Source of the DNA: an uncultured Candidatus Saccharibacteria bacterium
GTDB taxonomy: Bacteria > Patescibacteriota > Minisyncoccia > UBA11713 > 2-01-FULL-45-33
Length of the DNA: 43,377 bases
Reading direction: 5' to 3'
NCBI GenBank assembly: GCA_964422785.1
Contig: CAYRCJ010000001.1
Coordinates: 1 to 43,377 of the forward strand
Position numbers and translations under genes: made by a program. The notes beneath the pieces are model-generated. The model did no database searches, was not told the DNA's origin, and saw nothing but the letters and a program-made list of their open reading frames with translations. Shown here piece after piece: positions 8,252-16,946 of this stretch. The stretch's first letter is position 1. Every line of letters begins with the position of its first letter.

Positions 8252-9977
8252 AAAAGTTTTTTTCATATTTCCGCTTCTCGCCTTTTTCTTTTTCGCGCTT
8301 GAGGCAAGCGCCGCAACCATCTCTTTGTTTCCTGAGTCAAGAAATTTTGTTGTGGGGCAAGAATTCAGTGTGGACATAAAAATTAATACTGAAGAAGTAT
8401 TTATAAACGCCAGCCAAGCGACTATCCGATTTCCTGCCGGCGTTCTTGAGTTAACCCAAGTTGATAAAACCGGTTCCGCATTTGGTTTTTGGACAGATGA
8501 ACCAAAGATATCCAATGAAGAGGGCACAATGAGTTTTACCGGAGGGGCGGGCAAGGGAATTTCCGGAGCCTCTCTCCAGATTTTAAAAATGAAATTTAGG
8601 GCCAAGGCTGCGGGTGCCGCGGATCTTGCTATTCTTGACGCGGCGGTAACTGCGCCTGACGGCAAGGGGACAAATGTACTTTCCAAACTCAATGGAGCAA
8701 ATATTAATATATCATCTGTCCAATTGCCCAATACCGGCACGGTTGTTGCTCCTCCTCCACCGGCCGAAGTAGTAAAGATAGTCCGGCAGCCGGTGCCCGC
8801 CCAAAAATTGCCTCAAAAACCGGAGCTTCGAGTGCCATTATATCCTGATCAGACACAGTGGCACAACAATTTAGGCGACACAGCGGTCCTTTGGAATGTT
8901 CCGGAGGATGTAATAGAGGTAGCCGCCGCTCTGGATAAAAATCCCAATACGATACCTGCAAATCCGGAAAAAGAATTACTCACCGGTAAAAGTTTTGGGA
9001 TTTTAAAAGAGGGCGTTTGGTATATTCATGTACGATTTAGAAATAATGTTGGTTGGGGGGAAACCGCCCACTATAGGATCGCCATTGACACTACAGTGCC
9101 TACGCCATTTGAGGTGAAAATGGATCAGCTTGTGAGCGATAACCCAAGTCCTGAAATACGATATGAGGCGCACGATGCGCTTTCCGGAATTTCTAATAAC
9201 ATTATCTTTCTCGATGGCAAAGAATTTTTGAAATCAACTACCACGTCTACTATATTACCCCCGCAACCCCCGGGCAAACACGCTCTATTGGTAAGAATTT
9301 TCGATTTGGCGGGGAACAGTGTGGAGGCTGATCTTAAGTTTGAAATTTTACCGCTCCCCATGCCGATTATTGAATTTGTAACCAGATCGGTTTCTCAAGA
9401 TGACCTTCTTTTTGCTTCCGGAAAATCAATACCAAATTCTTTTATTGATGCGCGGGCGTTTAATGCTTCACAAGAAGAAGTATTTAAGGGCACCTCACAA
9501 AGCGATGCGTCAGGAAATTGGAAAATAAGCATAGAAAAGGCTTTGCCTACCGGACAATATTTTCTTTCGGTTATAGCCAGGGATGATCGCGGAGCTACGA
9601 GCTATCCTGCCAAACAAGAATTATTTAGTGTGCGGGCTAAAATTATATTGTCGCTCGGAGGATTTATTAATCTCGGTTGGTTTGAGATTTTTATCATTGC
9701 AATGCTTGTTATTATATCCGGATCAAGTTTTATTTCTTGGCGGTACGCTTCAAAAAATAAAATGCATCAGGCCTACGGTATTATTGCGGGGAGAGATGTT
9801 GAGAAAATGGCGGCTCTACTTGAAGGCGATCTCGCGGAGCTCGAAAAACTTCTGAGCATTGGAGCGCGTCCGGAGTTTCCGGAAAAAGCTGGTTCGCTTC
9901 ATCTTTTTGCAAAGCTTCACGAAACAATCGCAAAAATGAAAAAATACCTAGGTGAAGAAGTGGGGAAAATTAAATAA
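8244..9977 (+). CDS. Membrane-anchored cohesin-domain protein (scaffoldin-like)
   Basis: A signal peptide is followed by a cohesin-like block: ISLFPESRNFVVGQEFSVDIKINT...ASQATIRFPAGVLELTQV...LQILKMKFRAKAAGAADLAI. A Pro-rich linker and Ig-like domains follow. A C-terminal TM segment (FEIFIIAMLVIISGSSFISW) precedes an ~80-aa cytoplasmic tail. The gene overlaps the dockerin gene by 8 nt. Confidence 0.75.
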   Translation: MNKKVFFIFPLLAFFFFALEASAATISLFPESRNFVVGQEFSVDIKINTEEVFINASQATIRFPAGVLELTQVDKTGSAFGFWTDEPKISNEEGTMSFTGGAGKGISGASLQILKMKFRAKAAGAADLAILDAAVTAPDGKGTNVLSKLNGANINISSVQLPNTGTVVAPPPPAEVVKIVRQPVPAQKLPQKPELRVPLYPDQTQWHNNLGDTAVLWNVPEDVIEVAAALDKNPNTIPANPEKELLTGKSFGILKEGVWYIHVRFRNNVGWGETAHYRIAIDTTVPTPFEVKMDQLVSDNPSPEIRYEAHDALSGISNNIIFLDGKEFLKSTTTSTILPPQPPGKHALLVRIFDLAGNSVEADLKFEILPLPMPIIEFVTRSVSQDDLLFASGKSIPNSFIDARAFNASQEEVFKGTSQSDASGNWKISIEKALPTGQYFLSVIARDDRGATSYPAKQELFSVRAKIILSLGGFINLGWFEIFIIAMLVIISGSSFISWRYASKNKMHQAYGIIAGRDVEKMAALLEGDLAELEKLLSIGARPEFPEKAGSLHLFAKLHETIAKMKKYLGEEVGKIK

Positions 9978-10166
9978 TCACTAATATGCTGTTATAATTT
10001 TACTGGCAATTTGAACGCCGGAAATCGCCGGGATTATATAGAAGCGGGGATGGAGCCGTTTAAGGCAAGCGAAAAACAAACACTGATCAATTATTATGAA
10101 GTGCCTCCGGATATTTTGGAAAATCCGGACGAGCTGGCCATCTGGGCCAATAAATCGATAGAGTGA
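9978..10166 (+). pseudogene. Remnant of a TfoX/Sxy N-terminal-domain gene (C-terminal ~55 codons only)
   Basis: The open frame ..FTGNLNAGNRRDYIEAGMEPFKASEKQTLINYYEVPPDILENPDELAIWANKSIE* matches the C-terminal half of TfoX_N (compare E. coli Sxy ..TLNYYRVDESLW..). There is no N-terminal half and no convincing start or SD. It begins directly after the cohesin gene stop. Confidence 0.45.
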
Positions 10167-10168
10167 GC

Positions 10169-10197
10169 TTGCTTTTTTTGTTAATATGTGTTAAACT
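10169..10197 (+). promoter_or_regulatory. Candidate sigma70-type promoter for the yqhA-like gene
   Basis: TTGCTT (10169-10174), a 17-nt spacer ending in an extended -10 TGt, then TAAACT (10192-10197). The SD aaggggggg lies upstream of ATG 10224. Confidence 0.4.
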
Positions 10198-10223
10198 AAG
10201 GGCAGATAGAAAAGGGGGGGAAT

Positions 10224-10757
10224 ATGCTGGATAAAATAGCCAGATTTATGGAAGTTGAAAATTTAATGCTTAAGTCCAGGTACCTGCTCTTGCCGATGTT
10301 GTTCGCGTTATTGCTGTTGATTTTGAAAATTACAGTTGATTTCGTCATGCTGCTGGCGGGGATGAACGAAGCGGTAAACATAAGCGAGCATACCGTGCAG
10401 GCGCTTGAGCTGCTTGATATCGCGATGATCGCAAATCTTATTTGGCTGATCAGCGCCGGAAGTTTTTACGTGTTTGTGTACACGGAACCGGCCGACGGCG
10501 TTCCTATGAAAAAACGCCCGCGATGTCTAACTCATATTTCTTCGGGCATACTCAAGGAAAAGCTGGCAGGCTCTCTTATGGGCGTTGTATCGGTTTATCT
10601 GCTCAAAATATTTTTCAAAATTGCCGAAGATAAAGAGGTGGTAAATATGCACAAGACAGCCGCGGTGATCGGAATTTACGTCGCCTTTATGATGGGCTTG
10701 CTGGCGTTTAATCATTCGAACGCGTCGGTTCACCACCAACATAACCCAGAAAAATAA
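10224..10757 (+). CDS. yqhA: UPF0114 / YqhA-family inner-membrane protein
   Basis: The N-terminus ..LMLKSRYLLLPMLFALLLLILKI.. and the overall hydrophobic pattern parallel E. coli YqhA (..[20 protein letters not shown]..). The length is similar. Confidence 0.7.
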   Translation: MLDKIARFMEVENLMLKSRYLLLPMLFALLLLILKITVDFVMLLAGMNEAVNISEHTVQALELLDIAMIANLIWLISAGSFYVFVYTEPADGVPMKKRPRCLTHISSGILKEKLAGSLMGVVSVYLLKIFFKIAEDKEVVNMHKTAAVIGIYVAFMMGLLAFNHSNASVHHQHNPEK

Positions 10758-10761
10758 CAAT

Positions 10762-10790
10762 AAAACACCCCGATTTATCGGGGTGTTTTT
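10762..10790. terminator. Bidirectional terminator between convergent genes
   Basis: A 12-bp stem aaaacaccccga / tcggggtgtttt with loop ttta, flanked by A-runs and T-runs on both sides. Confidence 0.7.
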
Positions 10791-10795
10791 ATAAA

Positions 10796-11200
10796 TTATT
10801 CCGGTTGGATTTTGCTGTACAATTTTTGCGGTTGGAGGCGATACTCCACGTCATTATCTTTTAACCACCCTCTTACATTCGCCCAGCGGATAACTGTGAC
10901 AGGTGAGTCCATTGTTATGTTCGGATAAAAACGTTTAAGATCGGCAAGCAATTCTTTTTTGTTTGCGGCTCCGTCATCTCTGCATTCTTCTTCTGTTACC
11001 TCGGAAAGCGTGCAATGACTGACTTGCGTAATATCCGCCATTACCGCCCAAGGTTCTATATGGCAGCAAAGCATCACCGGATTTCCCGCTTTATAATCTC
11101 TATGACCCTCACGGATGGAAACAGTTTTTCTGCCGTAAAGAATTTCTGTTCTGGTTTTGTGACCCGGCGCGACAAGCAATGCGTAAAGCGGCTGTTTCAT
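10796..11200 (-). CDS. ASCH (PUA-like) domain protein
   Basis: The size (~134 aa) and pattern GRKTVSIREGHRDYKAGNPVML...TLSEVTEEECRDDG are consistent with ASCH-domain proteins. This is motif-level recognition only. Confidence 0.55.
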   Translation of the reverse strand: MKQPLYALLVAPGHKTRTEILYGRKTVSIREGHRDYKAGNPVMLCCHIEPWAVMADITQVSHCTLSEVTEEECRDDGAANKKELLADLKRFYPNITMDSPVTVIRWANVRGWLKDNDVEYRLQPQKLYSKIQPE

Positions 11201-11315
11201 AATCCCACCTTTCTATTTGGAGAACCCCGGGTAGAAGACTACCAAATGCTGTTGTTGAATGCAATATCATGTTATTTTGTTTTTAGATTATTTTTAAAAG
11301 ACTTGGGGGATCTTC

Positions 11316-11852
11316 ATGATGCCGATCATCATCGTTTCTATTTTGGCTACGTTCATAGCCTGTAACTTTTTGGAATGGTTAGTTCATGGAAAATTCATGC
11401 ATGGAGAAATGCCCACCGAATATCTTCAAAAACTGGCCGCGCACCTCTTTCAAAACAAACATCGGGAACATCATCTTGAATATCCTCCTCGGAATTATCA
11501 AAATTCTGAACATGGTCAGAATGTTAATCTGCCCTGGTGGGCCGGGGCTCTTATTGTCGGAGGGCTGACTTTTCCCGGCATGCTGATCAGTTATTTTTCA
11601 GGTCATTGGGCGATATCCTGGTGTGTCGCCATCACCTCAACTTTTTATTTTTTGGCGTATAACTATGTCCATACTTGCTACCATGTTCCTGCCGGCAGAT
11701 GGCTCGAAAGAACAAGGTTCTATAACTTTATGAATTACTATCATTGGAAGCATCATGCCAGAGAAAAAGAGTGGGGGACGCTTGTAAATATTTGCCTGGT
11801 TTGCCCATTGGCCGACTGGATCATGGGTACATCCCTTAAGTCCGGAAGGTGA
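11316..11852 (+). CDS. Small membrane protein of the fatty-acid hydroxylase / sterol desaturase superfamily
   Basis: Three His boxes occur in the canonical order, HGKFMH (HxxxxH), HREHH (HxxHH) and HWKHH (HxxHH), interspersed with hydrophobic segments. Confidence 0.55.
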   Translation: MMPIIIVSILATFIACNFLEWLVHGKFMHGEMPTEYLQKLAAHLFQNKHREHHLEYPPRNYQNSEHGQNVNLPWWAGALIVGGLTFPGMLISYFSGHWAISWCVAITSTFYFLAYNYVHTCYHVPAGRWLERTRFYNFMNYYHWKHHAREKEWGTLVNICLVCPLADWIMGTSLKSGR

Positions 11853-11865
11853 AAATAACGCGACG

Positions 11866-11892
11866 GCTCCGACATTGTGTCGGGGCTTTTTT
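11866..11892 (+). terminator. Rho-independent terminator
   Basis: A 9-bp stem 11866-11874 / 11878-11886 (gctccgaca ttg tgtcggggc) followed by tttttt. Confidence 0.65.
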
Positions 11893-11966
11893 CATGTATT
11901 ATTAAACCCAACTTCGCTATTGGGTCAATATTGACGGGATTTATATACCATTTAAGCTTGGTAGTT

Positions 11967-12647
11967 ATGGAGGGTGATAAGAAAAACAATATTGAAGAGA
12001 TTAAGCAGAAAGCTTTAAAAATTACAGAGGCTTTATACCGCACTACGGATTTGTTTTACGATGTGGAGCCTCTCAAATGGTCTCTTCGCGAAACGTCGCT
12101 TTCCATATTAGAGATAGTTTCAGGCATAGAAGGAAAGTCTGAGTACGAGCGGTCCAGGGAAATAGAAAAATTAAATAACTTAGTGAAGAAGCTTTTTTTG
12201 AAGCTTGAGCTTGCCTCAAGCGGAACGTTCATTTCCAGAACAAACTTCGATGTTTTGGAGCGGGAATATATTGCCATAGGACAGTCTTTGAAGAGAAGCT
12301 TCATCCCCACGCTTTTATTGGACAAGCCTTTAACGGACATCGTATCAGACAGTTTATCGGACAATGTATCGGTCACTGATAATAGTAATGTTATCAGACA
12401 CGAAGAAGTTTCAAGGCCGGCAGAATCTGAACCAACCGGAATAATTGTTGAGCGCGGAGATCCAAAAAGGAAAGAAACGATACTGGAGGCATTAAAGACA
12501 AAAGGACCGAGCAGTGTCAGCGATTTAGCAGGATTATTCGCCGGAGCAATCAGCGAAAAGACTGTCCAAAGGGAATTGAGTTCTTTGGTTGCCGCCGGGA
12601 ATGTGAAGCAAGAGGGCGAGAAGAGATGGAGAAGGTATTTTTTATGA
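11967..12647 (+). CDS. Hypothetical protein with a helical N-domain and a C-terminal winged-helix DNA-binding-like domain
   Basis: The C-terminus ILEALKTKGPSSVSDLAGLF..ISEKTVQRELSSLVAAGNVKQEGEKRWRRY has a wHTH pattern. I moved the start from 11877 to ATG 11967 because 11866-11892 is a terminator. Confidence 0.55.
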   Translation: MEGDKKNNIEEIKQKALKITEALYRTTDLFYDVEPLKWSLRETSLSILEIVSGIEGKSEYERSREIEKLNNLVKKLFLKLELASSGTFISRTNFDVLEREYIAIGQSLKRSFIPTLLLDKPLTDIVSDSLSDNVSVTDNSNVIRHEEVSRPAESEPTGIIVERGDPKRKETILEALKTKGPSSVSDLAGLFAGAISEKTVQRELSSLVAAGNVKQEGEKRWRRYFL

Positions 12648-12666
12648 GTTATCCACATAAATGGCT

Positions 12667-12695
12667 TTGCACGTATATAAAGCGGGATTTATAAT
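12667..12695 (+). promoter_or_regulatory. Candidate promoter giving a ~380-nt leader for the large surface-protein gene (or driving a separate sRNA)
   Basis: TTGCAC (12667-12672), a 17-nt spacer, then a perfect TATAAT (12690-12695). No credible ORF lies between here and 13080. Confidence 0.4.
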
Positions 12696-13079
12696 GAAAT
12701 TAAGCTCAAATGCGAATATCTGAATTGTGTGAAATAATTAGTTAAGTAGGCCAAGGTTTTGGCCAACTTGTTGGCTTATGACGACTGGGAGTTAAATAAA
12801 AAATAGCTGCCGGTCGCCAGAAGCTAATGAAATATTTTCTGGCAAGAAAGAACTTTGAAAATTAAAAAACATCTGATTCATTCTAAGTTTAAGCGTATTT
12901 AATTTGTAATAACTGAGGAGTTTAAGTCGGGTCGAATTTGCTCCAACTAAAAAGAGCAAAAACGATTTTGCTCCATTGATCAAGTAGAATTAATTATTAG
13001 GTTTAGTTTCAAAACCAACTAAAAACGTTTTGTCGAAATTCTTTTTAGTTGGATAAATTATTAAAAGAGAATTTAAAAT

Positions 13080-16000
13080 ATGAATAGAAAAACATATAAA
13101 ACTGTAAGTAAGTTCACTTCAGTTTTATTGAGTGTTGCTACTGTAGGATTGCTTTCAGGAGGTTCGTTGATAATGCCCTTGACTGCCTCTGCTGATACAA
13201 CGTCTGATACAATCGCACAGTTGCAAGCTCAAATAGCTGCCTTAACTGCGCAGTTATCTTCCCTTGCAGGATCGAGTAAGGCATCAGCTGGCGCCTGTGG
13301 ATTTACACGGAGCCTCAGTGTAGGTGCGAAAGGTGACGATGTAACATGTTTGCAAAACTACTTGCAGTCGACAGGACACTTTAACTTTGCAGGTGGAGCA
13401 ACTGGTTACTTCGGTAATGTAACAAAAAATGCAGTAGCTGCATGGCAGGCTGCGAACGGTGTTGCACCGGCTGTAGGGTACTTCGGATCTCTTTCACGAG
13501 CCAAGTATTCTTCAACGGTTTCGGTTTCTCCGACACCAGCACCAACCCCGAACCCAACTCCAGGAACACCGGCTCCAGTACCGGCAGCTTCAGGAACATT
13601 GCGAGTTGACGCTGGAACACAGCCAAATTCAAGTCTTTTCCCAACTAACGCGACACGAGTTCCTTTTACTGTTGTGAAATTTACAGCTCCGGCTGACAAA
13701 GACATAACTGTAAACTCAGTTGTAGTTGAAAGAGATGGTTTGGCAAACGACGCCGCTTTTGCAGGAGTAGTACTCTTGGATGAGCAAGGCATACAATTAG
13801 GAGTTGCGAAAACTCTTAACTCAACCCACCAAGCTACTCTTAGCGAGCCTTTCACTGTAAAGGCCGGGCAAACTCGAACCATGACCCTCGCTGGAAATGC
13901 ACAAACATCCAACGGTGGTTACGGTGGACAGGTTGCTTACTTGAGCTTGGTTAGCGTAAACAGCAATGCTGCTAGCGTTGCAGGTTCTTTGCCAGTTTCT
14001 GGTGCAGGACACACTGTTAACGAAACCTTGACAATCGGTTCTGTTACTTTATTAAGAGGAGCTACAGATCCTGGTTCTAGCCAAACTGAAAATGTTGGCC
14101 AGATAGGATATGTATTCTCAGCTGTTAAAGTTACTGCCGGTTCAGCCGAAAAAGTTTACTTGAGATCAATCAGATGGAACCAAACAGGTTCTGCTGCCTC
14201 AGGAGACTTGGCTAATATCAAGACTTATGTAGAAGGTACAGCTTACGACACAATTGTAAGCTCTGATGGAAAATACTACACCGCGACATTCGGAGACAAC
14301 AGCGGTAAGGGAATCCTCATTGATAAAGGATTTTCTAAAGAGATTTCTATCAAGGGTGATGTTGTGGGTGGATCAGGAAGAAACATAGCATTTGACCTTG
14401 CTAAACGAACAGATATCGGCTTGGTTGGAGAAAATTTCGGTTACGGAATAACTCCTCCTCAAACTGGAGTTGCGGCTGGTACAGATGCTTCATCTTTCAC
14501 CAGCTCTGAGGACCCATGGTATGACGCTTCAGTGGTTACTGTTTCAGCGGGTACAATGAACGTTTCAACTTCAAACACTGCACCTGCTCAGAACATCGCA
14601 GTAAACTTGTCTAACCAACCGTTTGGTTCATTCCAATCCGATGTAAAGGGTGAAGCAATTTCTGTTAGCAGAATTGGTTTCAACGTTACATTGGGTTCAG
14701 AGCCGGCCGCTGGTGATGTAGACGATCTTACAAATGTCACTTTGGTAGACGAAAATGGCGCTGTAGTTGCCGGTCCAGTTGATGGATCCGCCACTGACAG
14801 CTCCAATACTACCGGATCAGGTGATGGTTCAATCGTTTTCACAGACACTGTAACCTTCCCAGTAGGTGTTCACACCTATACTTTGAAGGGTAAAGTTGGT
14901 ACTGATTTGACAAACAATGTCACAATCCAGGCTTCCACAACTCCTTCAACAGACTTCGGAGGAACAGTTCGCGGCTTGATAACTGGCAACACCATTACTC
15001 CAGCCCCGACATCTGCCATTACATTCAACACAATGACTGTAAAGACAGGAAACCTTACAGTTAGCGCATCCAGCGTTCCAATTGCTCAAACCGTTATTTC
15101 AAACGCCAAGGGCTTTACGTTTGCCAACTACATTCTTGACGCCACTGCGTCAGGAGAAGATGTGAGATTGACAACCTTGCCTGTGGTTTACGGAGTAGCA
15201 AATGGTTCCGCTTCAGATCTGACCAATTGTCAGATGTGGGATGGATCAGCTTCTGTTACAACAGGTTCAAACACCAAGAACCCGACATCTCAATCTTCAT
15301 CAACATCATTTACTTTCGATGGAACAGGATTGGTGATTCCAAAAGGATCTTCCAAAACTCTTGCTCTTAAGTGTGATGTAGCTGGAGGAGCTACAGGAGC
15401 ATACATCTGGGGTCTTGACACAGATCAGGCTTCTTCATTCACAGGCGCTACCGGTCTTACCAGCGGTCAAACAATTACCGAAACACTCAATGAGTCAAAC
15501 GGTCAATTAATGACTGCTTCATCTGGAGGATCCTTGGCTGCCACTTTGGATGCCCAAAGTGCTGGATACAAAGTTGTAAATGCCGGAGCTACCGGAGTTG
15601 AACTTTCAAGGATCAGGTTTAGTGCTTCAAATGAAGACATTAACCTTAAGCAAGTAGCCCTGCAGATTACAGGAACTGCTTCTTCAACCGGTGTTGGTTC
15701 AACTACACCAGTAGACTTGGTAGGAAGATCAGTTACTTTGTGGGATGCGGATACAATGCAACAAGTTGGTTCAGCGGTATTCCCGACAAATGCTTTCGCG
15801 ACTTCAAGCGCTATCACAAACTTCAAGATTCCAAGAGACGGCGCAAAGACCCTTATTGTTAAAGGTGATATCGCCGCGATCTCCAACTCAGGTCCTTTGA
15901 CTTCTTCCGGTGATTTGTTGATTGTCGATTACGACGGAGGCAACACCGGTCTCAATGGTACCTATGGAACAGGCGTATCTTCAGGAACCACAATCTCACC

Positions 16001-16850
16001 TACAGGTGCTGACACAGTATCTTCAGGTGTGAGAATCATGAAGGCCTACCCGACACTTACTTACATTCCTCTTACATCTTCTGACAGGACATTAACTCCG
16101 GGAACAACTGCGGATAAGACTCTGTACAGATTCTCTGTTACAGCTAATGGTGGCGATATAGCTTTGTACAAACTTACTTTCCAAGTCAGTTCTACAAGTA
16201 TGACCGCTACTACGTCTCTTTTCTCGCTCTATGCGTACACCGATTCAGCTATGAGTTCCGCGGACACAGGATTTAGCAGCAACGGTTTGCTAAACAACGG
16301 TCAAGACTTCTGTGCTGGAGCTATGGCGAACGCCGCCGGCAACAACACAGTTGGCAACGCCTCTCCTGGAGTTCAGAACCAAAACACACCAGGTCTTTGT
16401 GGAACTGCAGCAGGAAGAATAAACGGATCTCAATTCCCATTGAACATATTCATGGAGAAACTCCAGGCTACTGTTCACTCTGCGACCACGACTTATGTTG
16501 TTCCAAGCGGGACAACCAGATACTTCAGACTTGCCGCTACTGTCGCTAATGTTGAGAATGTTACTGGACAAGAATCATTCACGGTTCAATTGCAAGGCGA
16601 CGCCGCTTTCGCAAGGCCAGCCCACTTGGGTGGAACCGCGGGTAACACAACTATAGGTGAAGAAAACAGAACAGGTAATATGTTTAACGCGTCAACAACA
16701 AACCGCGATAACAACAACAGCTTTATCTGGTCTCCAAGATCAACCAGCACCACGAGTGCATTCCAAGACGTTGACTTCACTAACGGTTATCTCTTGCCAG
16801 GACTCCCGACCAACAACATGCCGATCGAGACTTTCACAAGTCCAAACTAG
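13080..16850 (+). CDS. Large secreted cell-surface protein (candidate S-layer protein): signal peptide, short coiled coil, PG_binding_1-like domain and about six beta-rich repeat domains
   Basis: A signal peptide (..IMPLTASAD) is followed by IAQLQAQIAALTAQLSSL. The PG-binding pattern is GAKGDDVTCLQNYLQ...GYFGNVTKNAVAAWQ, followed by a Pro/Thr linker. About 1000 aa of Thr/Ser/Gly/Val-rich sequence follows with a recurring domain pattern. Codon choice is visibly different (A/T-ending Thr/Ser/Gly/Ala codons). Confidence 0.8.
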   Translation: MNRKTYKTVSKFTSVLLSVATVGLLSGGSLIMPLTASADTTSDTIAQLQAQIAALTAQLSSLAGSSKASAGACGFTRSLSVGAKGDDVTCLQNYLQSTGHFNFAGGATGYFGNVTKNAVAAWQAANGVAPAVGYFGSLSRAKYSSTVSVSPTPAPTPNPTPGTPAPVPAASGTLRVDAGTQPNSSLFPTNATRVPFTVVKFTAPADKDITVNSVVVERDGLANDAAFAGVVLLDEQGIQLGVAKTLNSTHQATLSEPFTVKAGQTRTMTLAGNAQTSNGGYGGQVAYLSLVSVNSNAASVAGSLPVSGAGHTVNETLTIGSVTLLRGATDPGSSQTENVGQIGYVFSAVKVTAGSAEKVYLRSIRWNQTGSAASGDLANIKTYVEGTAYDTIVSSDGKYYTATFGDNSGKGILIDKGFSKEISIKGDVVGGSGRNIAFDLAKRTDIGLVGENFGYGITPPQTGVAAGTDASSFTSSEDPWYDASVVTVSAGTMNVSTSNTAPAQNIAVNLSNQPFGSFQSDVKGEAISVSRIGFNVTLGSEPAAGDVDDLTNVTLVDENGAVVAGPVDGSATDSSNTTGSGDGSIVFTDTVTFPVGVHTYTLKGKVGTDLTNNVTIQASTTPSTDFGGTVRGLITGNTITPAPTSAITFNTMTVKTGNLTVSASSVPIAQTVISNAKGFTFANYILDATASGEDVRLTTLPVVYGVANGSASDLTNCQMWDGSASVTTGSNTKNPTSQSSSTSFTFDGTGLVIPKGSSKTLALKCDVAGGATGAYIWGLDTDQASSFTGATGLTSGQTITETLNESNGQLMTASSGGSLAATLDAQSAGYKVVNAGATGVELSRIRFSASNEDINLKQVALQITGTASSTGVGSTTPVDLVGRSVTLWDADTMQQVGSAVFPTNAFATSSAITNFKIPRDGAKTLIVKGDIAAISNSGPLTSSGDLLIVDYDGGNTGLNGTYGTGVSSGTTISPTGADTVSSGVRIMKAYPTLTYIPLTSSDRTLTPGTTADKTLYRFSVTANGGDIALYKLTFQVSSTSMTATTSLFSLYAYTDSAMSSADTGFSSNGLLNNGQDFCAGAMANAAGNNTVGNASPGVQNQNTPGLCGTAAGRINGSQFPLNIFMEKLQATVHSATTTYVVPSGTTRYFRLAATVANVENVTGQESFTVQLQGDAAFARPAHLGGTAGNTTIGEENRTGNMFNASTTNRDNNNSFIWSPRSTSTTSAFQDVDFTNGYLLPGLPTNNMPIETFTSPN

Positions 16851-16878
16851 TACTAGTGCTTGTGACCTAGTATTAGCT

Positions 16879-16930
16879 CCTGCCTTACGGCAGGTAAACC
16901 AAAAGCCCCCTTTACGGGGGCTTTTGGTTT
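16879..16930 (+). terminator. Tandem-hairpin terminator of the surface-protein gene
   Basis: The first hairpin is cctgcc ttac ggcagg (16879-16894). The second is aaaagccccc tttac gggggctttt (16901-16925), followed by ggtttt. Confidence 0.7.
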
Positions 16931-16946
16931 TGTTAATATGTAAATC

